Source: Mobula hypostoma (Eukaryota). Taken from it: a DNA stretch of 64,000 nt. Each line of letters opens with the position of its first letter. Positions within the stretch are counted from its first letter, which is position 1. Shown here piece after piece: positions 10,401 to 24,099 of the stretch. The notes below the pieces were generated by a model, which was not told where the DNA came from, searched no databases, and worked only from the letters and a program-made list of their open reading frames with translations. The stretch covers positions 19,282,001-19,346,000 of the forward strand of contig NC_086106.1 of assembly GCF_963921235.1 (NCBI RefSeq), in the 5' to 3' direction. A program made the position numbers and the translations under genes.

Positions 10401-12624
10401 TAGATATTGGATTTACTCATCTATAGTTCACAACATTTTATTTTTAATTGTATCCCTTGAATTGCTGAACTGAACTGAACTGAATTCCTGCTCCCTGTGC
10501 AAGGTTTCAGCAATGTACTAATCTATGATAAATTCAATTTTTAACCTCACCTGCACATGGTACTGGGAATAATCCAGAGATTACCACTGTTGGGGTCTTA
10601 CATTTTAACACATTTTCTTTCTCCCTATATTCACTGCACAGCAGTACATCCATTTTTGCTTCCAATTGTCATTTGAGCCAATGTGTGCAACCACTTCTGT
10701 TTGCTCACCCTCCTCACTGAGAATGTTCTGCAATCGCTCTGAGACATCCTCATCTGAATAATACTCTATTTGTAATTCCTCATCTCATCCACCCAGCTGA
10801 TCAAGATCCCACTGTAATTGTTGCTAACCTTCTTCACTCCCTACAATACCATCTATCTTAGTGTCACCTGTCATCTAATACTCAGGAATATGGGATCGAT
10901 TCCCATCAATGAGAGGCTTCCTTCATCCAGGTAACAGCAGTCATTTGGATGAGATTGAAAGGAATAATTCTCAGTCCGTCTCTGTGGGAATGCCCCTAAA
11001 TGCAGTATTGTGCAAAAATATACTTGGATCAGATTTTGGAGAGCCACACATTCACAAAGTCGGGGAGATTCCCAGTGTCTGGAACACAGGGTGCAGAGCA
11101 GGAAGAGAGGAACATGGCACAGATTCGGATATTAGTCTGGTATCCCGGCCTTGGAGAGTCTCTCCCTCTTACACTGTGACCTCTCTATCCTTGTCCTTCC
11201 TGCTTCTCTCTCTCTCCTTCCACCTTCCCTCAGCTCATTTCAAACTTTTCAAACTTACAATTTGCTGCCTCATTTCTCTCTCCCACCCCACAGAGCACAG
11301 GGTCAGATGCTGGCTCTGACAAGCTGCCTGCACTTTGTATAAACAGACTGTCAGAGCCATTAGCTGAGAGAGAGAGAGGCAGAGACACAAACAGGAAGCA
11401 GAAGGCAATGCTGTTACTGTGAGCAGTGAAGGGTGTAAGATATGCTGGAGGACTGGCAGCACGAAAACAGGGAGGGAAAGAAGGAGCGGGCAGGTCAGTG
11501 TCGGGAGCCGACATTCCCAGAGGGGAGCAGAGGCCAGTGACAAGGTAAGGTTCTCAGTTGTTGCACATCCTGGCTTTCTAGTTGGCTGGAGCGTGAGACT
11601 GGGAGGGAGACTGGTTGCTGAGCAAAACATATGGAATCAACGAAGCTGAGTTTGTGACGTAGGTAGCTGAGTTCAGATCACACCACGGCCGCAGGGATGT
11701 TTAAAGTCAGTTGATTAAACTTGTAACTGTGACTTAATTCTTAATTAATTTTTAATTAAATTTGGAGCTGGTCCCAAGTCATCTCCTTTTCCCGCAATAA
11801 CGTCCCCAGTATCTGATTCAGTGCCATGCACCCTCATGACCTGCTCTGCACTCCGGGTTATGGGCACAGGGAAACTCCTACAACCTGTGATTTTGGGTGC
11901 AGTTTCTAAAATCTGCTCCACATATATTTTCTCATATGACTGACATGGTGCATCCCTGAGATGTGGGGTTTGGAATCTGATTCCCAGATTCTTCCAAGTA
12001 ACTGATTTTAAAATTGTTTCTCATACATGGGAATCACAAGCTTCCTGAAGGTCAATCGTGTATTCCCAATCTCTGTCATATTCCCTCATGAACAAAGTTG
12101 AGAATTAAGCACAATTTCTGGTTCTGTGGAGGGGTATTTTTCCCTTTGGCTGGTCCTTCATAGTTTTCCCCAATGTCTATTCCTGGAGTATATTCCTTCA
12201 ACATCTGGTCCTGTGTGCCTTCCTGCAATGTCTGTTTCTTGGACTTACTCAGCTCAAATCAGGTGCTGGTGCCCATCATCTAAATAGCTGTTCTGTTCTA
12301 TTCTTGGTTTGCATTGATTAGTAACTGTTTAATGTTTTCTACTCCTAATGTGTTTACCCCAGTATCTGTTGTATTTTCCTGCATTGACATATTTTTTTCA
12401 GAATGCTCTCTCCTGCTAACATCACATTAAAACATGTACATGGTCGATCTCCAGTTCTGTGTCACCTGCACTTGTACCAACAGCTCCACACTCTCTGATG
12501 GGGGATGCTGCAGGATGCACAAAGTTTCCTTCAGCTGAACACCGAGCAGGCCAAAGGCTTTGGTCCCCACAGTGAGTTCTGTTCCAGGGCACTGATGCTG
12601 TTTATTCACGTTTCAGTGATGTGA

Positions 12625-12715
12625 GAACAGAAATTCAGGCTGACTTGACTGTTCACTGTAGTACAGAGGGACAGAGGTGCTACCTTTCAGCTGAGACATT
12701 GAAGGAAGATTGTGT
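12625..12715 (+). repeat. DeuSINE-like (Deu domain) remnant
   Basis: CAGGCTGAC...CACTGTAGTACAGAGGGA...AGAGGTGCTACCTTTCAGCTGAGACATT resembles the recalled Deu-domain core; not database-checked. Confidence 0.45.
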
Positions 12716-13535
12716 GTGCAATGGAGAAACTGCTGTACCTATGGTTTTATAGGATATGGAGTGTGGAGATTAGGATAATGTGTTGAAATATGGATTGAGA
12801 CACTCATTATGAAACATTCCATCAACATCTTGCTCTGGGATGTGTAATGGGGTTCTGAGAAACCCTTCCAATGAGCCTCTGTGCTTTCATGAATATCTTT
12901 CTAGGGGTGCAGCACCCCAGTGTTCCCACTGTGAGAAATCCCTTATGAACATGAGCAGTACGTGTGGGGCTACGCTCATATATTACTGGCTGGGAATCTC
13001 TCCGATATCTCCCCGGGATGTATTACCCACTCATACGTGGAGGCAGATGGAATCTCTGCAGTGATGAGGGAACGAAGATGGGCTGAATGGCTTCCCTCAG
13101 TTTTATCAACTCCAGTCACTTCATGTTCTCCTTTTCTTTGTTTTTAATGAATAAAATTTCAAATCATGACATGACATAAACTCCAGTGGAAAACTGGAAG
13201 AAAAGCTACAGGCAATGATTTCTACAACATCTGATTTACAAAATTTAACAGAACATCCTCCACCACACTAACCGCCCCCCCCCCATGTCAACTTCTTGCT
13301 CCATAACAATGATAACCACTTCCTCAACTCCCTCTTCTCCATCACTAAACACACCCCCATTCCCCTGCTCCCCATTCCCAAGCCTTAACCCTGCCTTCCT
13401 CTCCCCTCCTGTATACCCCCTCCAGTGTCACATATCCTGCCATTTTCCCAATGTATCATCCACTGCTGTCCCTCCGCCCACCGAACCGGCTCTGTGCCCC
13501 CATTTCCCATCTGGCATCCCCGGTACATTTAGAGG

Positions 13536-13541
13536 TTTATT
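13536..13541 (-). terminator. Candidate polyadenylation signal (AATAAA) for membrane-form IgW mRNA
   Basis: TTTATT on the plus strand, about 125 nt downstream of the candidate TM2 stop codon. Confidence 0.5.
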
Positions 13542-13666
13542 TTCTGAAATGAGCAGTTGCAGTGCAGTAGCCTCGGATTGCCGAGTGAGTGAGATGGAGA
13601 CTCCATTTCCAAACATCGCAGCCACACAGGGATCTCATGACTGAATGTGGGGTGTGTATCTGCTGG

Positions 13667-13678
13667 TCACTGCTGAAC
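13667..13678 (-). CDS. IgW: Candidate IgW TM2 exon (cytoplasmic tail VQQ*)
   Basis: Minus strand reads ctctcctgtctatatttcag|GTT CAG CAG TGA: a pyrimidine-rich acceptor, phase 0 matching the TM1 donor (GTC AAG|gt), giving K-V-Q-Q*. Followed by AATAAA and located in the first long non-repeat stretch after TM1. Confidence 0.55.
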   Translation of the reverse strand, partial: VQQ

Positions 13679-13884
13679 CTGAAATATAGACAGGAGAGTA
13701 TGATATTGTGTGACAAGGTGCAGTACAGACATTAACCTGTGAGGACATCTCATTCCAGGAGATGAAACCCCATGAAGAGGTGTCTGTCAGTATTCATCAA
13801 AATCAACCGGAAACAGGAATCTGAATACCAGTTGGGAACTTTAGAGTGATCCACAGTTGGGCGAATGTTTTAGTTCCTGAGTAA

Positions 13885-14815
13885 AACCATAAGAGACAGG
13901 AGCAGAATTCGGCCATTTGGACCTTCGAGTCGGCTCCAGCATTTCATCTTGACTGATCCAATTTCCCTCTCAGCCTCAGTCACCTGCCTTTTCCCAGTAT
14001 CCCTTCATGTCCTGACTAATCAAGAATCTACCATCCTGTTCCTTAAATATACCCAGTGACTTGGGCACCACAGTTGCCTGTGGTAACAAATTACACAGAT
14101 TCACCCCTCTCTGGCAAAAGAATTTCCTCCTCATCTCTGTTCTAAATGGACGACCCTCTAGTCTGAGGCTGTGTCCTCTGGTCCTAGACTCTCCCACCTG
14201 AGGAAACATTCTCTTCACATCCACTCTGCTGAGGAATTTCAACATTCGATAGATTTCAATGAGATATCTCCCTCATTCTTGTGAATTCCAGTGAATACAG
14301 ACCTGAGCCATCAAACATTTCTCATATGATAAGCCTTTCAATCCCAGAACCATTTTGTTAAACTCCTTTGAACCCTCATCAATGTCAGCATATCCTTTCT
14401 TAGATAAGGTGCCCAGAACTGTTCACCGTACTACAATTGAGACCTCACCAGTGCCTTCTAAAAACTGAACATTACATCCTTGCTTTCATATTTCAGTCCT
14501 TTCGAAATGAATTTAACAGACTCATCTTGCAAATTAACCTGAATGGAATCCTGCACAAGGACTCCGAAGGCCCTTTGGACCTCAGATTTCTGAATTTTAT
14601 CCCCATTTAGAAAGTAGTCTATGCTTTTATTTCTTCTCCCAAAGTGTAGGATCATTCACTTCCCAACACTTTATCATATCTGCCACTCTATTGCCTATTC
14701 TCCAAATCTGTCCAAGTATTTCTGTATCCACTCTGCTTTCTGAACTCTATCTGCCCTTCCACCTCTCTCAGTATCATCCACAAACCTGGCCCTAAAAGCC
14801 ATCAATTTTGTAATC
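13885..14815 (-). mobile_element. CR1-type LINE 3' fragment
   Basis: ORFs 13976-14245 and 14458-14655 (HFGRRNK..DYFLNG, RTRGHSLR) are CR1 RT C-terminal motifs. Confidence 0.85.
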
Positions 14816-14819
14816 CAAA

Positions 14820-16055
14820 TCAAAGTTGACGAGGATAAAGCGGTGAATGTTATCTATATGGACTTCAGTAAGGCCTTTGACAGGGTTCCACACGGAAAGT
14901 TAGTTAGGAAGGTTCAATTGTTCGGTATTTGTATTGAAGTGGTAAAATGGATTTGGATGGGAGACGCCAGAGACTACTGGTGGATAACTGTTTGTCAGAT
15001 TGGAGGCTGGTGACTAGTGGTGTACCTCAGGGATCTGTACTGGGTCCAATGTTGTTTCTCATACATATTAATGATCCGGATGATGGGGTGGTAAATTGGA
15101 TTGGTAAGTATGCAGATGATACTCAGATCGGTGGAGTTGTGGATAATGAAGTAGGTTTTCAAAGCTTGCAGAGAGATTTAGACCACTTAAGAGTGGGCTG
15201 AAAGGTGGCAGATGAAGTTTAATGCTGATAAATGTGAGGTGCTGCATTTTGGAAGGACTAATCAAAATAGGGCATACATGGTAAATGGTAGGGCATTGAA
15301 GAATGCAGTAGAACAGAGGGATCTGGGAATAATGGTGCATAGTTCCCTGAAGGTGAAATCTCATGTGGATAAGGTGGTGAAGAAAGCTTTTGGTATGCTG
15401 GCCTTTATAAATCAGAGCAGTGAGTATAGGAGTTGGGATGTAATGTTGAAATTGTACAAGGCATTGGTAAGGCTAAATGTGGAGTATTGTGTACAGTTCT
15501 GGTCACCGAATTATAGGAAAGATGTCAACAAAATTGAGAGAGTACAGAGAAGATTTACTAGAATGTTACTAAATTTTCTATGTTTCTATGTTTCTATGTT
15601 ACCTGGGTTTCTTCTCCTAAATTACAGAGAAAGGTTGAACAAGTTGGGTCTTTATTCTTTGAAGCATAGCAGATTGAGGGGGGACTTGATAGAGGTATTT
15701 AAAATTATGAGGGGGATAGATAGAGTTGACGTGGATAGGCTTTTTCCATTGAGAGTGGGGGAGATTCAAACAAGAGGACATGAGTTGAGAGTTAAAGGGC
15801 AAAAGTTTAGGGGTAACATGAGGGGGAACTTCTTGACTCTTGAGAGTGGTAGCTGTGTAGAACGAGCTTTCAACACAAGTGGTTGAGGCAGGTTTGGTGT
15901 TGTCATTTAAAGTTAAATTGGATAGCTATATGGACTGGAAAGGAATGGAGGGTTATGGGCTGAGTGCAGGTCGGAGGGACTAGGTGAGAGTAAGAGTTCG
16001 GCACGGACCAGAAGGGCCGAGATGGCCTGCTTCCGTGCTGTAATTGTTATATGGT
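14820..16055 (+). mobile_element. CR1-type LINE 3' portion
   Basis: ORFs 14947-15201 (SGVPQGSVLGP...KYADD) and 15212-15886. Confidence 0.9.
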
Positions 16056-16779
16056 TATTAACATTTTACATGAAAAGATGTGCTTTCAACACAGCAGCTA
16101 ACCAGAAAATGCTCCCTTTATTCCTACTCTGTGCCTCCTACCAATCAGAGAATGTTCTATCCATGCTAGTATCTCTCCTGTATAATCTTGGGGTGTTTGG
16201 CAATACACACAAAATGCTGGAGGAGTTCAGGAGGTCTGGTAGCAACTATGAAAAAGAGTAAACCGTCAAAGATTCAGACTGATGAAAGGTCTTGGCCTGA
16301 ATCATCATTTGTTTACTCTTTTCCATAGATGCTGCCTGGTGTTATCCTGCCTTTCGAATATTTCTTCTTTAGGATGCATCTATATTGTGTCTTTCAAATT
16401 GCTCCCAGGATCTCCAGCCATTTCTGCTCTGCTATCATCCCTGCTCGTGTCCCATTCCAATCAATTTCGGCTATCTGCTCTCTCATACCTCCATCATTCC
16501 CTTTACTCCACTTTAATACTGACTTTAGATTCTCCTTTTCAAATTAATAGTAGTGTGAATTACATCATATTATGATCATTGGCTCCCGAGCGTTCCCTTA
16601 CCTTAAACTCTCCACTCTATTCTGGTTCATTGCACCACACCCAATTCAGAATATCTAATTGCCGAGTGGGCTCATTCACCACCTACTCTTCAAAAAAAAA
16701 CTCGTAGGCATTCTACAAATTCTTTCCTTTGGGATGCGGCACCAAAATAATTTAATACAGCACGGGCCATTTGGCCCAC

Positions 16780-18780
16780 ACTGTTGTGCCAAAACAGCGA
16801 TAACGGAAATCAAAAACACCCAACATCAATCCCTCCCACCTACTCCATGTCAATATCCCCTGTTCTTCCCTACATCCACTTGCCTATCCAAACATCTCTA
16901 ATGTATTTGCCTCTACCACCACAGCAGGCAACACATTCCAGCCATCCTCCACTGCCTGATTATAAAACTCTCCCCTCATATCCCCTTCGACCTACCCGCC
17001 TCACCTAAAATTCATTCCCTCTGGTAATACATATTTCAACCCTGGGACAGAGATACTCTCTGTCCAGCGTATCTTTGTCTCTCATAATCTTGCAAACCTC
17101 TATCAGAACCACCCCCCCACCTCAGCCTCCAACGCTCCAGAGAAAACAACCCAAGTTTATGTGGACTCTCCTGATTGCATGTTCCCTCGAAACCAGGCAG
17201 CATCCTGGCAAACCTCTTCTACACCCTCTCCAAAGCCTCAACATCCTTCCAATAGTGGGGCAACCAGAACTTCAGTCTGATCTAACCTGAGTTTTATAAA
17301 AGTTGCAACATAACCTGACTTTTGAACTCAGTGCCTCGAATATTAAAAAAAAAGCATTCTTTAAACCTTGTTAACCATCTTATTGACCTGTGTAGCCACT
17401 TTCAAGGAGTATGAACTTGGACCCCAAGATTTCTCTGCTCAACAACACTGTAAAAGACCTTATTTTTAAAAATGTACTGTCTCTTTTCATTTGCCCCACC
17501 CGGGGTGTGACACCTCGCATTTATCTGGATTAAACTCCATCTGCCATTTCTCAGTCCATATCTGCAGGTGATCAATGTTGTGCTGTATTCTTTGCCAGTC
17601 TTCTACACTGTCAACAACTCCACCATTCTTGGTACCATTCACAAATTTTCTAACTCACCCATCCGCAGTTTCATCCAGATCATCTATATCGATTACGAAC
17701 AGCAGAAGTCCCAGCACAGATACCTACGGAACTCCACTAATTACAGACCTTCAGCTTGAACAAGTCCCCAAAATCATTACCATCTGTCTTCTATGCGCGA
17801 CCATTTTGAATCCAAACAGCTGGTTTGCCACGGATCCCATGCATCTTAATCTTCTGGATTAGCCTCCCACAGGGGACTTTGTCAAATGTCATCCTAAAAT
17901 CCATGTAGTCAACAACTACTGCCCCTCCCTCATCAATCTGTCTTGTCACCTTGTCAAAAAACTCTATCAAGTTGTATGTGCTGACCTGCCACGCATAAAG
18001 CCATGCTGTCTCTCCCTAAATTATGTCAGGGCTTTCCAAATGCTGAGATATCCTATCCTTGTGATTTTTATTGGACAATTTCCCTTCAATTGAAGTGAGA
18101 TTTATTGGTCCATAGTTCCCAGAATTTTCCCATGTTCCCTTCTTAAATTAATGAGAGAGGACACAAAGATTCTGGTCAAGGGCCCAGCAAGCTCACCTTT
18201 TGCATCCTTCAAAAACCTGGAGTAAATCCCATCTGGCCCTGAGGATTTATCCACCTTAATCCTGATTAGGAGGCCCAACACTTCCTTGTCCTTGACCTCT
18301 AAATACCCTATTGTAATTATATACTCAGCACTGATCTCCTGGTCCTCCATATCCTTTTCCTTCGTAAATACTGAACCAAAGTACTCACTTGGCACCTCAC
18401 TCACATTCTCTGCATTCAAGTAAATGCTCCCCCGCCCCACTTATCCTTGAGTGGTCCCGCCCTCTCCTGAGTTATCGTTTTACTCTTGGTGTCTGTATAA
18501 AATGCCCTGAGATTCACCTTAATCCCACTTGCCAAGGACTTTTCACGGCCCTTCCTGGCTTTCCTCATTCCCTTTAGTTCCTTTCTCATTTCTTTACACT
18601 CCTCATGTGCTTCCTTTGATCCGAACATCTGAAACTTTACATACTTCTTCTTTTCCTTCTTGACTAAATTCATCACCTCTCTGGATATCCAAGGTTCTCT
18701 TATATTTCCATCCCCATCCTGCCTTCGAACAGGTACATACCTTCCCTGTACTGTGTGCAATTGCTCTTTAAACACCCTCC
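16780..18780 (-). mobile_element. Degenerate CR1-type LINE fragments
   Basis: ORF 18102-18440 (YFGSVFTKE...KVDKSSGPDGIY.R.LK) and 18416-18835. Confidence 0.8.
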
Positions 18781-18829
18781 ATTCTTTAAGAAGGGAGGAA
18801 GGCAAAATAAAGGAAACTATAGGCGAGTT

Positions 18830-21800
18830 AGCCAAAACTCAGTGGTTGGGAAGTGTTGAAGTCTCTTTCTTTAGGATGAGGTTTTGGTGTATTTGGAGAC
18901 GAATGATAACATATGTCAGAGTCAGCGTAGTTTCTGCAATGGGAAATCTTGCCTGACAACCCTGTTAGATTTCTTTGAGGAAATAACAAGCAGGCTGGAC
19001 AAAGGAGAGGCAGTGAATGTTATTTACTTGGATTTTGAAAAGTTATTTGATAAGGAGCAACACATGAGGCTGCTTTACAAGATAAAATTGAATGGCATTA
19101 CAGCAGAGATATTGGCATGGACAGAAGAATGGCTGGCAGGAGGCAGAAAGTGGAAATAAACAGGGCCTTCTCTGGTTGGTTGCCGTTGACTAGTGGTGTT
19201 CCTCAGGGGTCAGTATTGAGCGCTACTTTTCACATTGTTTGGTTATGATTCAGATAATGGAATTAATGGCTTTGTGGCAAAGTTTGTGGATGATACAAAG
19301 ATAGGTGGAGGGGTAGGTGGTGCTGAGGAAGCAATGCAATTGCAGTACAACTTAGATAAATTGGAAGAATGGGCAAAAAGTGGCAGATGGATTACAATCT
19401 TGGGAAATACATGATAATGCATTTAGGTAAATCCTTTATTCTTTATACTTTATGGTACTTTACACTTTATTGTCGCCAAACAGTTGGTACTAGAACGTAC
19501 AATCATCACAGCGATATTTGATTCTGCACTTCCCACTCCCTGGATTACAAATATTAAATATTACAAATAGTAAAAATTAGTAAATATTAAAAATTTAGAT
19601 TATAAATCATAAATAGAAAATAGAAAATTGGAAAGTAAGGTAGTGCAAAAAAACTGAGAGGCAGGTCCGGATATTTGGAGGGTACGGCCCAGATCCGGGT
19701 CAGGATCCGTTCAGCAGTCTTTTCACAGTTGGAAAGAAGCTGTTCCCAAATCTGGCCGTAGGAGTCTTCAAGCTCTTGAGCCTTCTCCTGGGGGGAAGAG
19801 GGACGAAAAGTATGTTGGCTGGGTGGGTCGTGTCCTTGATTATCCTGGCAGCACTGCTCTGACAACGTGCGGTGTAAAGTGAGTCCACGGACGGAAGATT
19901 GTTTTCTGTGATGTGCTGCGCCGTGTTCACGATCTTCTGCAGCTTCTTCCGGTCTTGGACAGGACAACTTCCATACCAGGTTGTGATGCACCCTAGAAGA
20001 ATGCTTTCTACGGTGCATCTATAAAAATTAGTGAGGGTTTTAGAGGACAGGCCAAATTTCTTTGTTTTCTCAGGAAGTAAAGGCGCTGTTGGGCCTTCTT
20101 GGCAGTGGACTCTGCTTGGCTGGACCAAGTCAGGTCATTTGTGATACTGACCTTGAGGAACTTAAAGCTTTTGACCTGTTCCACTTGTGCACCACCGATG
20201 TAAATTGGGTCGTGCGGTCCGCTACTCCTTCTGAAGTCAACAACCAATTCCTTCGTCTTGCTGATGCTGAGGGATAAGTTATTGTCTTCGCACCATGCCA
20301 CCAGGTCCTTAATTTCCTCCCTGTACTCAAACTCATCATTACCGGAGATACGGCCTACAATTGTTGTGTCATCAGCAAACTTATATATTGAGCTTGATGG
20401 AAACATGGCTACAGAATAATGGGTGTACAGTGAGTACAGCAGGGGGCTGAGTACACAGTCTGGTTGGGCACCGTTGCTCAGAGTGATTGTAGAGGAGAGC
20501 TTGTCCCGTATTTTTACAGCCTGGGTCCTGTCTATGAGGAAGCTGAAGATCCAGCTGCAGATCGGAATGCTAACGCCCAGGTTCCGGAGTTTAGGAACCA
20601 GTTTATTTGGAATGATGGTATTAAAGGCAGAGCTGTAGTCAATGAAAAGGAGCCTTACGTATGCGTCTTTATTCTCCAGGGGATCTGAGGAGGAATGTAG
20701 GGCCAGAGAGATGGCATCTGCCGTTGACCTGTTGCTCCGGTAGGTGAATTGCAAAGCGTCGAGGTTGACCGGTAGGCTGTGGTTGATGTGTGCCATAATC
20801 AATCTCTCGAAGCACTTCATAGTAATTGATGTCGGAGCCACAGGTTGATAGTCATTCAGGCATGCCACCTTGCTCTTCTTCGGCACTGGGATTATCGTTG
20901 TCTTCTTAAAACATGAAGGGATCTTAGACTGAAGCAAGGAGCAGTTGAAGATGTCAGCAAACATTCCAGCTAGCTCGCTTGCACAGGCCTGGAGAACCCG
21001 TCCTGGGACGCCATCTGGGCCCGTCGCCTTCCTTGGATTTATCTTCAGGAAGGCCCTTCTAACGTCCTCCTCAGTGATGATGAATATCGATGCCACCAGG
21101 TCCGGTTCATCCGGAGGGAGCGGGACGCTCCTCTTCTGTTCGAGTCTTGCGTAGAATATGTTAAGTTCATCAGGAAAAGAAGTACCAGAGTTATTGATAT
21201 TCCCAGCCTTTTCTTTGCACCCAGTGATCTCATTTAGACCCTGCCATAGTCTACTGGCATGTCTTTGGTTAGCCTGGGCTCGATATTGCCTCTTGGCGCC
21301 CTTAATGGCTTTCCGGAGTTCATGTCTGGATTCCGTGTAGTGACTGGTATCCCCAGACCTAAAAGCCGCAGCTCTAGCCTTTAAAAGGGACTTGACCTCC
21401 TCATTCATCCAAGATTTCCGGTTAGGGAATACCCGGATCGTCTTGCGAGACACACAGTCCTCCGTGCATTTCCATATAAAGTCCGTGACAGCTGAGGCAT
21501 ACTCATGGAGGTTAGCTGCCGAGTCCATGAATACTAACCAGTCCACCGATTCAAAGCAGTCACGGAGGACCTCACCTGTTTCCTCCGTCCAACGCTACAC
21601 TACTTTTGACAGCGTGAACTCCCGCTTCAGTTTCTGTTTGTAAACCGGGAGGAGGAGTACGGCCTGATGGTCCGATTTTCCGAAGTGAGGTCGTGGTGCT
21701 CGGACACTGTGGCACTGACAAGCTCCTGCAGCCCGGACCTGGAACACCTGTCGGTGAAGTGTCGTCCCTACTATCTGCCACAGGAATTCACTGTGTAACA

Positions 21801-23920
21801 GTGGTCAAGTATATTCGGGCCTGCAGTGGGGCAGGAGACATGTTGGTATAACTTTGGCATCGCATTTCTGAGGCTGGCCTGGTTAAAGTCCCCAGCCGTA
21901 ATGGTAAAGCCTCCGGATACCTGGTCTCAAGTTCACTGATGTTGGCATACAGTGTGTTCAGAGCACACTCCACGTCCACCTGGGGGGGAATGTAGACTGC
22001 TGTCAGTATGACCGAGGTGAATTCCCGTGGCAGATAGTTGGGACGACACTTCACCGACAGGTGTTCCAGGTCCGGGCTGCCGGATCTTGTCAGTGCCACT
22101 GTGTCCGAGCACCACGCAGTGTTGATCAGTAGGCAGACACCACCTCCCCTCATCTTGCCCAAAGACGTCGTGCGGTCCATCCGATAGATCGAAAACCCCT
22201 CCGGTCAGATGGCACAGTTGGGGGTGGCAGGGGAGAGCCAGGTCTCAGTGAAACAGAATACACAGCAGTTCTGCATCTCCCTGCAGTAGGTGAGTCTCCC
22301 TTTAAGATCATCCACCTTGTTCTCTCTGGCTTGCACATTAGCTAGCAGGATGGTGGGCATAGGGACCGTGAAGCCCCTCAGCTTCAATCTGACCAGCAGC
22401 CCAGCTCTTTTCCCATGCTTCCTCGGTAAATAGTGCATCTTTCCAGGTTTCCGTCGATGGCAGTGTGTTGTTGTCAGCTCTTTGAGGTAGGTGGACGCGT
22501 CCCGCGGGAATCGATCAGCAGGCCGCGTCGTCGTGCGCTCCGGGTCGGGCCGAGTAACGGGGGAGGTTCCGCTGCCACTTCCAGCTGCCGGGGACCTGGG
22601 CTGTCGATTGGGTCGGGCCCCGAAGCCGACACTTAATCCCAGAGGGCCGGGCTCCTGGCTGAAACGAGTCCGTAAACTGAGTCACGGTTGCGGAGCCTCC
22701 GCTCCAGCCGAGCCTCGGGCTCGATTTCCGAGGTTGGCGGCGGAGGCCTCACTTCCAGCAGCTGTGGATGGCCACCAATGGGACTTTACGGTGGTCGCTC
22801 CGGGGAAGCGTCTGCGGCACCTTGAGGTCTCCGCCGTCACTTCTGTGTGGTCGCCTGCTCCGGAGAGGTGCTGGTCGGAATGGGCCGTGTCTCCAAGCGC
22901 TCCGGCCCGGTAGCAGACCGCGGGTCTCCGGGAACGTGGTCGGGTCCAGGTGCGGTCCGGAGTTTAAGAAGCAGATCTGGCGCGGTGGTCTCCATCTGGG
23001 TCAGTAGCTTCGCCAGAGTGTTGTTGATCTTGATCTTGCTAAAGTGGAGTTTTAGAAGGGTTTCTCGGTTACAGGACAGTGGCGAGGGCCGTTTGCCCGG
23101 GAGAGCTCGCCCAAAGTCACCGGTTACAGGCGGCATCTTTAACGGATATGGAACAATGGAACAATAGTGCGAACTATTATCTAAATGGGGAAAAGGTTCA
23201 AACAACAGAGGTGCAAAGGGACTTACGAGTCCTCGTGTAAGGCTCCCAGAAGGTTAATTCACAGGTTGAGTCTGTGGTAGAGAAGGCAAATGCAATATTA
23301 GCATTTATTTCAAGTGGAATAGAATATAAAAGCAAGGAGATAATGCTGAGGCTTTATAAGGCACTAATCTGGCCACACTTGGAGTATTGTCAACAGTCCT
23401 GGGCCCCTTTTCTTAGAAAGGGTGTGTTTTCATTGGAGAGAGTCACAAGGATGATTCTAGAAATGAAGGGGTTAACATATGAGGAGCGTTTGGCAGCTTT
23501 GGGCCTGTACTCGCTGGAACTTAGAAGAATGCGGACAGATCCCATTGAAACCTACCGAATGTTGATGGGATGAGATAGGGTGGATGTGGAGAGGATGTTT
23601 CCTATGGAGGGAGTAAGCAGAACAAGAGGGCACAGTTTCAGAATTGATGGGTGATCTTTTAGAACAGAGGTAAGGAGGATTTTTTTTAGCCTGAGAATAG
23701 TGAATCTGTGGAATGCTCTGCCACAGACTGCAGTGGAGGCCAATTCTGTGGGTATTTTTAAAGCAGAAGTTGATATTTTCCTGATCAGTCAGGGCATCTG
23801 AGGATATGGTGAGAAGGCAGCTGTATGGGGTTGAGTGGAATCCAGGATGAGCCATGATGGAATGGCAGGGCAGCCTTGATGGGCTGAATGGCCTAATACT
23901 GCTCCTGTCTCACGGTCTTT
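18830..23920 (+). mobile_element. CR1-type LINE 3' portion, split by the Rex1-type insertion at 19432-23140
   Basis: The left part ends ...ATAATGCATTTAGGTAAA (MHLGK) at about 19430. The right part resumes GGAACAATAGTGCGAACTATTATCTAAATGGG (NNSANYYLNG) at about 23157, the contiguous CR1 RT motif. Confidence 0.85.
19432..23140 (-). mobile_element. Near-full-length Rex1/Babar-type LINE (APE + RT)
   Basis: ORF 20008-21546 (512 aa: KATGPDGVPGRVL, LLFIDYSSAFNTI, KFADDTT), APE ORFs at 21788-22438, and a 3' UTR ending in (TACTTTA)-like repeats. Confidence 0.9.
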
Positions 23921-24099
23921 TGTCTAATGTGGACTTGCCAGAGAAAAGAGGTGTTCCCAATTAATGCCAATTAGCTCTTCTGGCAGTTAGTCCTGACGAA
24001 GGGTCTTGGCCCGAAACGTCGGCTGTACCTCTTCCTGGAGATGCTGCCTGGCCTGCTGCGTTCACCAGCAAATTTGATGTTTGTTCACAATTAACGCTT

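Noticed and set aside
11230-11630. Several overlapping 70-130 aa ORFs in the unique region
   Set aside because: Low-complexity purine/pyrimidine-skewed sequence with no recognisable domain or coherent splice structure.
12520-12600. J-like peptide CPGTELTV on the minus strand
   Set aside because: Lacks the F/W-G-x-G motif, an RSS and a splice donor, and lies downstream of the C region; most likely coincidence.
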